A program made the translations under genes and the position numbers. DNA of 64,000 nt from Leptogorgia sarmentosa. Taxonomy: Eukaryota. This document shows positions 1-10,530 of this stretch, piece by piece (position 1 is the stretch's first letter; each line of letters starts with the position of its first letter). The stretch lies in NCBI GenBank assembly GCA_964658305.1, contig OZ210885.1, positions 4,154,001-4,218,000 on the forward strand, in the 5' to 3' direction. The notes beneath the pieces are model-generated. The model ran no database searches. It was not told the DNA's origin and saw nothing but the letters and a program-made list of their open reading frames with translations.

Positions 1-25
1 AATTAACGTTCTAGCGCCGGCCCTG
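1..25. mobile_element. Right end of a hAT-like MITE (same family as 5313-5500), cut by the window edge
   Basis: aattaacgttctagcgccggccctg differs by one base from the right terminus of the 5313-5500 element. Confidence 0.7.
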
Positions 26-2472
26 CCAACATCAATGCAAGTTCGCTACGTTCAAGCCTAGGATTGCATCTTTTATCCACTTGTTTTGTGAAATATCACT
101 TCAAAATGTCAACACATTTGTCAAATACTGAAGTTTAGGACGGAAATTGGGAATAGAATATTTATAACTTTGCGCTTTGCAACCTGGCAAACAAAATGAT
201 TATCACTCAGCTAAAACGGGCGCGCTCGATTAAAAATAAATGGCTGTACGCTTTCTTGGCGAAATTTCATCTACTTGATCAAAACTAAACCGCCGTGTGC
301 TTTTTAGGCATACTCAAATCAAAACAAAACGTCTGTGCTCAACCTAGTTTATACAACATGCATAAAAATTATATTAGTATTTCACATCAGTAGAAACAAA
401 TCTGCAAGTATAATTTATACATGCGCTGATGAAGGTCTGCATGGTTTTCCCAGTCGGTATATGCGAGCCAAATTTCAGTTTGTTAATAAGAAACACCAGC
501 AGAGAGCTGGAGCGTGCGCTGAAGACCCTAGCTCTGACAAACGCAGTAAACGCTTCATATATGTAGCAGCGCCTTCCACATATTTCCGATCAACTTACCT
601 GGCTGCAGTTCCCAAAACTAGCCAATCTCTTGTCACTTGCAAGGTAGCGTATTTCGTTCTCGTAAAGTTACGCTTATCTACAATATCTTACCCTTTAAAA
701 GCGGCCTCTCAAATATGGGTGGGAGTTTTGCTTCGATAGATATTGTTGCCTCCTGTTGCCTGATTGACAACATAATTATTTTGCATTCAAAAGATATAAT
801 GTAAATTAAGCGCGTTATTTATGCATGTTATTTTTTGTAAAAGGACAACCATATATATCAACTATATTATGCTTGTGTCTTCTTTTTAAACTTCAGATTT
901 TTACAAACATTTACAGAATAACGTTGCAACACATGTGCACATGATGTGTGCTATATAATACAGGATTCCATTGCCGTGCAAGATCGATATAGTTTCTTTT
1001 GACCCCGCAGGCGATTATCGAGCCACTGGTTTTAACATTCTTATGGGTTAAACCAAATGATATTGGATTGCCTATTCCTGCACGTTTGTTGTACTGTGCT
1101 GCTTGTAAGCTTGTTTAAATTCCAAACCTAAAATGAATCAATTAATTGTCTTCAAGTTATAGAAAGAGACCTAAGTAACTATCTTCTTTTCACATAGGCT
1201 TTGTGTTCAAAGAACTCGCCGAACGGTGAAATATTTTATCCTCTAATGCATTCGTTTGTCTCCTGAGACAAAGCCTCACTCGGAAGAAGAAGTCAAGGAG
1301 AGTAGAGTGGGAGACAACAAACCTCAGATAACAGCGACATTTTTAAAACCAATACTGTTTTCCGTTTGTGGTTGCTTGAATAATTCCTTTTAATAAACGG
1401 TGAAACATTTTATTTTGTGACGCACTTGTTTGTCGCCGAGTACAAAACCTCTGCAGAAAAACAGACAGCAAGAATCGATTCCTATTTTGAGCAAATTACA
1501 ATTCAACAGCAGGTAAGCACTGAATAGTAAATACCCAGATAGCATGGCAACTCGGCAGGGTAACATGTACCGGACTGTCCCCCTGTTTTCATGCAATTAA
1601 CTAGCCAAAATAATGGCGGAACAGCCAGAACCTGCTAATTAAATTTCATCAAGTTGTAGACAAAACGTGAGTGCATGGAAGAAAACCTAACTATCTTGTT
1701 GGCATGTATAAAGGCTTTGTGTTCAGTATTAAAAATTAAAGAACTCCCCAACGCCGCAAGGGCGGTTTCAGGAGGGGGGCGGGGAAGCGGGTTAATAGGG
1801 TGAAATTTTCCCCCCTTTCCTGCCTCAACCATCAACCATGCAGTGCAGGAAAAAAACGGCGATATATCTGCTGTTTTATAGTAATTTCTATACGTTTTAT
1901 TTATGATTAAATAAGTAAAACGTCTTTAAACTATAGTGCATATGAATGCCTATTATTCAAGCCGTGGCCAAGGCGTCTCTTTAGGCTTTGCAACAGCTCT
2001 TTGGAAAGTCATCGCATTGATCTGCTTAATTGCTGTGGTCAGGCGTATGACACAACTGCATGTATCAGTTCAGATCTGCCACAGAGGCAGAAATATCGTT
2101 TTCCTGCCTCCGACGACTCCACACACTTAGCTCCGCAGTGCAATGACTATTGTACGCAGTTTATTGTAGACTTACAGACCACTGTTAGTTTATTGATGAT
2201 CAGGAGGGTTCGTTTTTTTATTTATCTCATCTGACCAGTTGCTATTGTGGGCTCAAACTACCATAGCAACAACGCTTGCCTGGGTCAGGTCGATGCTAAA
2301 ACCTTGCAATTTAATCATTTATACAAAAATAGCTTCTTAAAAATGTAAGATAGCCGCTTTAAAGTGTATGGGCAAGCCAAGCCAAGGGTATTGCCAGCTG
2401 ATGTTACACGGGATGATTTACAACGACGATTCGTAATGCAAATAAAGTTGCACGAGATTTGATTGGTTAAAC

Positions 2473-2724
2473 AGCCCCTCGCTAGCATGCTAGCTTTTCA
2501 ACAAGTGGACTTGTCATAGAAAAAATTGGCAAAGTAAAAATATTGTCCGTCTGTACTGTCAACAAAGAAAACTTGCCAAAGTAAAAATTGTTAACTTGTA
2601 CAGACGGGCAAGAAAAACGTCTCACATAAAAAACTTGTCATATAAAAAAATTGTTGTGCATACACGCGTACACTTGGCAAAGTAAACTTGTTCTCATAGA
2701 AAACTTGCCCGTCTGTAAGGGGCT
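2473..2724. mobile_element. Degenerate MITE with internal ACTTGTCA/ACTTGCC-type repeats
   Basis: agcccc...ggggct ends near TTAA. Internal motifs resemble the better-preserved element at 54895-55146. Confidence 0.45.
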
Positions 2725-3877
2725 TTAATGCATCGTGGGTTTTGCAAAGATATATTTAGCTAATCGGTAAATTTTTAATACACAAATATTTTATGCATTT
2801 TTGCGTTCGACTTAATTATACCTTCGACCTTCTGCTAAGGTATCCCAATGTTAACTGTAGGTTGTTATAACTGTCAATCGACACCAGCCATGAAATCATA
2901 TAAATATATATAGAGAGGCTTAAACGTATCTACATTATATTAACCATTTTTCGTATCATTTGTTTTGAACACAAAATTTGTTTTGAAAACGACTAAGCAT
3001 TATGAAGCACTGAATAAGAACCGGCATCAATCAAGCAACAGGCGGTTGAATATCTATCGAAGCGAAACTCCAACGTATATTCGAGAAGTCGGCTTTTAGA
3101 AAGACGTATATCCTATGTCGAATAAACAAGTAGGAGCCTATTAAGAATTGCCGGTTGAAAGTCTGAAATCGCATGTTTTCACAATTGAGAATGCCGTTTC
3201 AACTTATTGAAAATTTACTCCCTCAGAGACTCGAAGCAGACGAACTTGACTTGAATAAACGATTTGAATACGCAAATTATTCTACAGTAAATTCATCCAG
3301 CTGAGCTCTTTCTCACCACGACATATTTGTGATTGACTTCTCTAGTTCTCTGTCTGCTCTTTTGTTATGTAATTAAAATTTTTGGAGATATTGTAAACCA
3401 GTGTAACTTCACGAGGAGGAAAGACGCTGGATTGCAATTGATAAGAGATTGGCTAGGAGAGATTGATTGGTGTTCAGAGCACCCTTCGATTCTCAAATTT
3501 GACTCAAAGTATGCATGCGGACGTCAATGCATCGGTAGAAATTAATACTTGCAGATTTGTTACTTCTGACGTGAAAACAGCCGTTTTGTTTTGATTTATT
3601 TTGTTTTGATTTAAGCGCACAGAATAGGCGTAAGAAGTGGGGGGGGGGGGGGGGGGAGGGGGGCTTACCCCTCCAAAAAAATCCTGGATTTCAAAAAAAA
3701 AACTATTAAACCCGTGCCTTAGTCGACAATTTTTTATTTGTATATCCAAAGAATTGCATGGGGATGCTTTCTTGTTTAATTTTCTCAATTTCTTTCTGTG
3801 TACCTTCAGCAAACCGAGCGGCCATTTTTAATTTAAAAAAAATGAAAAAGTTTTAGTTACTGGCTAGCCAGTAAGCC

Positions 3878-4600
3878 AAATTTGTTTTCTTCGTTTTTTT
3901 CAACATCCCAGACATTGTGAAAGTGTTAAAAAGCAAGAATAGTCAAGAAAGAAACAAAAAAAAATGTTTTTGAGTAAAGGTTTCGTCAAGGGCCCTACCA
4001 TCCGCACAGAACGAGTCTGGTACATCGCCAGTAGGGACTTACTAAGGCAACCGGAACGCATCGGAGATGCCCGCTATCACTTGACCGGTACAAATGTATG
4101 ACTTTGACATTGAGGACACTCAGAGAGCAGGGAGATGCAGATCGGCCCCTAGACCATATGTGATAAGCACCTAGTCCTTTAGCGAAAGGCAATGTCGTAG
4201 CATTTGAACCAATAAGCTATGTTACGGCTTCGTATTTATATACCTTACACTCTTGAGGAGTGGTTGTTGTGGGACTCGTTTTGTGAATTTCATTGCGCAT
4301 GCGCTCACGTCAAATTTGTTTTCTTCGTTTTTTCAACATCCCAGACATTGTGAAAGTGTTAAAAGCACGAATTGTCAAGCAAGAAACGAAAAAAAATTGT
4401 TTGAGTGAAAAAACCCGAAAATAATTTCGTCAAGCGCATTGCGCTTGCGCGTACGTCAAAATTTGTTTTAAATAATTTCGTTGAAAATAATTTCGTCAAG
4501 CGCATTTTGAGTGAAGAAAACCGAAAATAATTTCGTCAAGCGCATTGCGCATGCGCATACGTCAAAATTTGTTTTCTTCGTTTTTTCTTCGTGTTTTTCA
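3878..4600. repeat. Degenerate tandem repeat (~135-150 bp unit), interrupted at 3991-4290
   Basis: aaatttgttttcttcgttttttcaacatcccagacattgtgaaagtgttaaaagca occurs at ~3878 and ~4312; aataatttcgtcaagcgcatt recurs at ~4420, ~4486 and ~4526. Confidence 0.8.
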
Positions 4601-5312
4601 ACCTCGGTAAATTTCATTGGCTTTTGTTGTTCGCATTGCACGAGAATTTTCTCTTTTGCGCTTGGCGGTCTTTTGCGACCTCGTTGGAATCTTGCTGGAG
4701 TCAATGCTTCCTATATAATCACGAAGCAAAGTACAGTGCAAGCTGCTACTATGATGTCTTTTTATTGGACAAACAAACGATTTCATGAAAGGGAGAGCGA
4801 CGTTTGAGAACCAAGTAACGAAAAGGAAGGACTGTTCTAGAAATGAGCTGTTTTGTGGAGCCATACTTTGAGAATTGCAGTTTATTTTATACATATACTT
4901 ATTACCATTTTACTGATGTAACATTTGGACCTTTCCTGTTTCAGACGGCGTTTTGAATCAAGAAAACACAATTCGAACGCTTATCCAAAAGGGGAAGAAG
5001 GTCGATTAGGGTCGCCTTTCCTGACATGGCTTTTAGTAAAAGATCTATATCTAGAAAGTTTTATACGATCGTGATAGCTTGATAACTTAAAGTAAAATCC
5101 TCTCTCACAGCAAATTGAGAAGGTAACAAAAATTATGCAATTTCAAAGCTATGGTTCTTAGTAAAAATTGACACCTAATAAAGAGCTTTGCCGTTCAGAG
5201 TTCAGACCCTTTGATAAAGGCCGGGTCAAGCAAGGATGACAGATAAGTCTCACAAATTGTCACAGGAGATATGTGAGTTTTACCGAGAGAAAGTTTTATA
5301 AGATTGTGTCGT

Positions 5313-5500
5313 CAGGGCCGTCGCTAGAACGTTAATTGGGGGGGGGGGGTGCATATTCATATTTTGGCGTTCTGCCGACTGATTTCTTTTGAAATCAGTT
5401 GTTTATGAATTAATTTCTAAATAAATCAGTCGGCAGAACGCCAAAATATGAATATGCACCCCGCCCCCCCCCCCCAATTAACGTTCTAGCGACGGCCCTG
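5313..5500. mobile_element. Fold-back hAT-like MITE
   Basis: Near-perfect long inverted arms (CAGGGCCGTCGCTAGAACGTTAATTG...CAATTAACGTTCTAGCGACGGCCCTG) flanked by a perfect 8-bp TSD TGTGTCGT (5305-5312, 5501-5508). Partial family copies at ~15250, 21260, 21580, 24710, 30820 and 56505. Confidence 0.9.
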
Positions 5501-6061
5501 TGTGTCGTCTATCTATAACATACAAAGTAAAGTTTCGGACAGCGGAGACGCGAAAAAATCGATAGAAGGGACTCGAAAGCGCCGTCTAACATACTAGTAT
5601 AAAATAAACATTGCATATCATCTAATTATGTTATTATTATCTAAGTGTTAATAAATTACATTTTCAATTACCTGTCTTTTGTGATCATTTTTGCTTAGGA
5701 GATTATAGAACAAACACTCCTTTGTAGTCATTTTGCGTAGGAGATTATAGAACAAACAGTCCTTTGTACTGATTTTGCGTGGGACAAAATCACACAAAGA
5801 CTTTATTTGCTTCATAATATTTGACACTTTTGCGTGATTTGACATTGTGTTGGTACTAAAGACAAGCACAATTTTACTCAAGCTAGACTTTGTGATCTGG
5901 TATAGGTAAAACATACACAGTATAGCCCACAAACATCTCACTACAAATTTTGCGATATATAGCTAGTTCGTTCACGGCAACCAGGTATAATATCACTCAT
6001 GTCTTGCTCGCTACTCTGGTTTGTATAATTGAATACAGAGCTCCCTCGAGGTGTATTCACG

Positions 6062-6113
6062 ACCCAACGTTTCGACACTCCACTGACTCCAGTCTAGTGT
6101 CTTCATCAGTGAT
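6062..6113 (-). ncRNA. Second hammerhead motif on the opposite strand (weakened stem I, loop II 9 nt longer)
   Basis: Reverse complement reads ATCA-CTGATGA-A-GACACT-AGACTGGAGTCAGTGG-AGTGTC-GAAACGTT-GGGT. Confidence 0.6.
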
Positions 6114-6148
6114 CTAGTGGGTGATCTAAAGTTACAACGCTTTAGGTC

Positions 6149-6191
6149 ACCCCTGATGAAGACACTAGACTGGAGTGTCGAAACGTTGGGT
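6149..6191 (+). ncRNA. Minimal type I hammerhead ribozyme motif (Penelope-associated type)
   Basis: Stem I ACCC/GGGT; core CTGATGA (6153-6159); stem II GACACT/AGTGTC; GAAA (6180-6183); palindromic AACGTT in place of stem III; GUU cleavage triplet. Confidence 0.75.
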
Positions 6192-6678
6192 CGTGAATAC
6201 ACCTCGAGGGAGCTCTGTATTTATACAAACCAGACTAGCGAGCAAGACATTTGCGATATATTTTTGTTACAGTCAGTAGGCCATGATATATTAATAATGC
6301 CCTTAAGCCCCACAGTGGCATATAATAAACTAGTAAATTATGGTGGTGTTATCAGTTCGTGTTACCCGCCAATCCCGCCGTTGCAGCACTATGGGAGAAG
6401 AGCGTTGCAATATCATGGGAATAAAATTCAGGGCTGCTTAGAATTTTTTGGGTCAGGGTGAAATTCCCTTTTGGGGTAAGGTTATTTTATACTCAATGAA
6501 GAGCCCCCTCAAAAGACACAGAATCTATTGTTATGATTTTTATTCAATGTGATATGATTGGCTGAAATTTTCAACAATATCGCTCAAAAATTAATCATAC
6601 TGACTGTATCACTCGAAGATAAAATCCGTGTAATATCCCTCTATTTCCTCTTATCTAGGCACTACTAAAGATTTCTTC

Positions 6679-8079
6679 ATGATGGAAAAATATGATGTCA
6701 TTATTGTTGGTGGCGGACCCATGGGTCTTTCATCAGCTTACCAATGTGGTGTTAAAGAGGGAAAGAAAGTGCTTCTTCTTGAACGCTTTGACGAGTTTGC
6801 CAGCAAATATGGTTCAAGTGTTGGGTACAGTCGACAATTTCGCGTTAGTTATTCTGAAGAAAATCTGAGTGCTCTGGCACTTAAGACCTACGACATGTGG
6901 GAAGATCTCAAAAACGAGTTGGAAGATGACACCCTCCTTCAGCTAACGGGTTGTCTCTGGTTCGGTGATGCGGACGTTAAATGCGGAGAAGGGAACATTG
7001 ATGATGCCATTCAAAATTTGAAGAAACTTGGAGAAAAGGATTACAGAGTCCTTGAGGGAAGAGAAGCGATAATGGATGATAAAGAATTTGCCTTCGTTTC
7101 AGCAGCTGTGGCTAACATCGACAATCCAAAAGCCCTGTATACCGGCAAAGGTGGGACTATCAACGTTCCTGGTTTGGTTGAAGGCTATGTCAAAGCTTTG
7201 GGGATACCAAATACTACGTTGATAACAAATGCATTCGTGACCAGGATCGACCACTCAAACGAAGAATTTGTAGAAGTGAAAGCGAACGTGGACGGCAACG
7301 AGAAAACGTACCGCGGCGAGAAGATTATCCTGACATCGGGAACATATATCAACGACGTTTTGTGCACTCTTGACCCTCCATTTCCATATCGTATAAACCT
7401 GATCATTTACTTATGGTGTTCTACCTACTTCACAAAAAGAGCTGACCTGCCTCCAACCACAGACCCAGCTGAATGGCCAATATGGTTTTTCTTTGGTCCA
7501 AAACCGACGGATGGCGGAGACGACGTCCCAAAGGATTACAACGATTATTACGGATTTCCGAGCGAGCCAAATCGTCCCCAATACCTTAGGGTTGCACCTG
7601 CATATACCTCACAAAAAAAATTCGACTTCATGCTCTCCCCACCTGCTGAAGACAAAAGGCCATTGGATGAACATGCTTTGGACTTTACAAAGAATTTTGT
7701 GGAAAATTGCATGCCTGATTTGAATCCACTGCTGAAGAAAGACGAAGAATCTACTTGTGTCGCTGGTTTTGCGTGCAAAACTGGGGGTGAAGAAGACAAA
7801 GGTGCTGGGTTTGTACTCGATTTTCTTCCAGATTCTAAACGTATCGTCTTATTCACTGGCGGCTGGGCAATGAAGTTTGTTCCGATGATTGGAAAGATCC
7901 TCACCGATCTTGCAATCCGTGGAAAGACCGAGTACCAAGACCTCATCGAACCAATGAATATCAACCGAGGAATATTGGTAAACGCAGATGTATGTCCAGT
8001 TAACCAAGCGAAAATGTCGAAAATGTCGGTCGCTCGAAAAACATTTCGAAAGATTTGGTGTTGTTCCCAAAAACACTAG
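6679..8079 (+). CDS. FAD-dependent amine oxidase, monomeric sarcosine oxidase / pipecolate oxidase (MSOX/MTOX/PIPOX) family, 466 aa, single coding exon
   Basis: N-terminal Rossmann motif DVIIVGGGPMG; GSSVGYSRQFR matches MSOX GSHHGDTRIIR; candidate flavinylation Cys in ESTCVAG; C-terminal GGWAMKF matches the GHGFKF position. Splice acceptor ttcctcttatctag ends at 6658, implying a 5' UTR intron. Confidence 0.85.
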   Translation: MMEKYDVIIVGGGPMGLSSAYQCGVKEGKKVLLLERFDEFASKYGSSVGYSRQFRVSYSEENLSALALKTYDMWEDLKNELEDDTLLQLTGCLWFGDADVKCGEGNIDDAIQNLKKLGEKDYRVLEGREAIMDDKEFAFVSAAVANIDNPKALYTGKGGTINVPGLVEGYVKALGIPNTTLITNAFVTRIDHSNEEFVEVKANVDGNEKTYRGEKIILTSGTYINDVLCTLDPPFPYRINLIIYLWCSTYFTKRADLPPTTDPAEWPIWFFFGPKPTDGGDDVPKDYNDYYGFPSEPNRPQYLRVAPAYTSQKKFDFMLSPPAEDKRPLDEHALDFTKNFVENCMPDLNPLLKKDEESTCVAGFACKTGGEEDKGAGFVLDFLPDSKRIVLFTGGWAMKFVPMIGKILTDLAIRGKTEYQDLIEPMNINRGILVNADVCPVNQAKMSKMSVARKTFRKIWCCSQKH

Positions 8080-10530
8080 GGAAGCATGGATAGTTTAAGG
8101 GAGGGGGAGGTCTTTTGGTACCTTTACTACCAGAATTGTATTAACAATAGTTAATCTTGAAAACACTTTAATAATAGCTTGTGCAGAAACATTGTTTGGT
8201 TACAATGCAGTTTTCACCAACAGAGTGCAAAGTTGAAGGTACCTTTTTAACTGTCAAGCTATTTGACAATTAGTCGACGCGGGGAACTGAAGAACTACTT
8301 GTTTTAGTATAAATTTTCAGGCGAATTAATATTATGAGTTTAAGCCATGAATTGTGTCCTTATTTGCACTTTACTCTGTTGTTTACATCATGACGTAAAC
8401 ATGAACTTCGCATGCGACAAAGCAAGTTTTCGTAGAATATAAACATGTTTGAAATTAAAAACTTATCTTAAAATTTCTTAGTGAGGTTATTTTGAGAATT
8501 TTTGTCATTTTTTGTCCTTTGCAGCATGCTAGCACACTTAAATTATCAATATATTATTATATAATATTGTTTTCACCAGTCGAGGATAAAATTCACATCT
8601 TTGCACCACCACAGGTGTAGAGTTTTAGTTTTGTCTGGGCTCTGGGGGGGGGGGGGTAATACCTGGTTACACAAACATCGACTACCGTAGTACAAGCAAC
8701 AAACATCCTTAACTCTTAAGGGTTTAGGGGGGGGGGGGGTGAAAAATATAGGTGAATTGTAATACAACATTTGGAAACATTTTAACTAGAACTTACTTAA
8801 ACCACCAGAATTTTCTAAGAAATTGGATCACTCCAGTTATTCACGCCAGATGTATCACGATACTGTTTAAACGATCCTAACTTGGGTGACGAAGTCCTGT
8901 TCACTTGCTGGTTATAAAGACTTGAACTGGACTGTGCTTGAGTGAGGTTTGCATTCCACAGTGAGTCGAAAACAGGAGGATCTTCACTCCCCCCCCCCCC
9001 CCAACTCTACACCTATGTGCACCACCGTGTAATATCCACTATATATTGTGTACCGGATATTGAATTAATAATATACATAAAAGTTATTCGACTGTGATTG
9101 GCTCATTTCAGTTCAGTTAATCCCAAATCGCAGTGCAATTTTCTGTAATCACAATGCGAATTTACTCGCTCTCCTCGCTCGTGTAATTTTGAGCGAAAAC
9201 TAAGTCCTGCCCCACAAGTAGATTTTTGTGGGGACGATGGCCCCCACCGCCCAGATGGCTCCACTGCCCCTGCTATTCTCAAACCAAAATATAGGGTATA
9301 CCTAAACTAAAATAGAGTGTAAGACGTGCGTCAAGACAAGGTAAAATATTTTCCTGCAGCCAAACACCGTATGAAGTTCCAAGATATATAAAGCATTTGA
9401 GGCCTATATACCTGAAGGTAAGAAATAATAACTTTGGAAATGTTGGTGTCCCATATAACATACATACGTCAGTTTGTTTACGAGTTAGTTCGCGCCATTT
9501 GAGAATTCTCGCCACGCCCATTTAATCCGACATAGTAAGTTTGCCCCATTTAGAATACCTGGTCAGCCGGCAAATTAGTTCTCCTCAGTTTGAGGAGCTG
9601 TCTCGGATTTAAAAGCACGAAGAAATAGAACAACTCTTCTTGAATTTTGATATGATTTGTTTTTAACGTTTCTGTCCGACATCACACACTTGGACTAACA
9701 CTGATAATATTATGTGACGTTGCTATAGTCTATGGTTATATAAATTGAAATACTTCATTCACCAAAACCCAGGACCATTTTTCATTTTATATTTTTAAAC
9801 AACAAGAATTCTATCATTACAATTGAGAACACAACTAATTAAATAACACGTGCTGCTTGTGCTAGTTACTATATACCGTGGAAGAGGTTTTTTACCTCAT
9901 CTTGTCCATAGAGCTAGCTCGTAGCAGTAAAACAGGATATTTATATTTTTAACAATGCTTGAATACTTGAATTAATTATTAAGGATAATTTTTTCAGCAT
10001 AAACGCTGTGGTTTCCAGATAATTATAGAAACAATCGAGACACGACAATTTTGGGAAGCAAGCGTGGGGAATTGGCAAGAGCTACAACATGCTACTCAAT
10101 TCAAACCAAACTTTGTTTGTCTGCATGCTATCACACTTCTTGAGCCATTGGTGGATTGTGGGTTGTACTTCGTTTATTTATTTCAGGGAGGGTGGGTGGA
10201 AAATAAAATTTGAGCTCGAAAGTAAGTCGTTGATGTTAATGAAAAAACCATGAATAATATGCATGTGACTTAATGCATAAACATCTATATACATGCTTTC
10301 TAATTGGTTGACACCTAATTGATATATGAAACGCAAAGAATAAAAAGCAGCCAAAAAATCCATACTTGTCTTTGACTTTGAATGCCTGCACATACACGTT
10401 TTTACATTTGACATGCACGCCATTAAAAACAGACGCTATTGCTACTGTTGCTTCGAAAATATTGTCTCATTAACTAAATTTAAATAGTTTAAAGCGGCTT
10501 TAGAATCAACTTCAAAAAACGTAACAATCA

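Larger units (their letters stand above)
5961..6249. mobile_element. Non-autonomous Penelope-like retroelement remnant: inverted pseudo-LTR pair with hammerhead motifs
   Basis: Inverted arms 5999-6109 and 6153-6250, each carrying CTGATGA-A-GACACT..AGTGTC-GAAACGTT. Flanked by the 12-bp direct repeat TTTGCGATATAT (5949-5960, 6250-6261). Confidence 0.75.

Noticed and set aside
335..739. 134-aa ORF and a CTGATGAAGG motif at ~426
   Set aside because: No recognisable protein motif; the CTGATGA lacks a stem II and GAAA partner, so it is not a hammerhead.
5648..5941. 97-aa minus ORF with a ~39-bp duplication
   Set aside because: Explained by a short tandem duplication; no coding signal.
6011..6461. 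Two opposing ORFs sharing MKTLDW..VETLGREYTSRELCI
   Set aside because: Artefact of translating the two arms of the inverted repeat.
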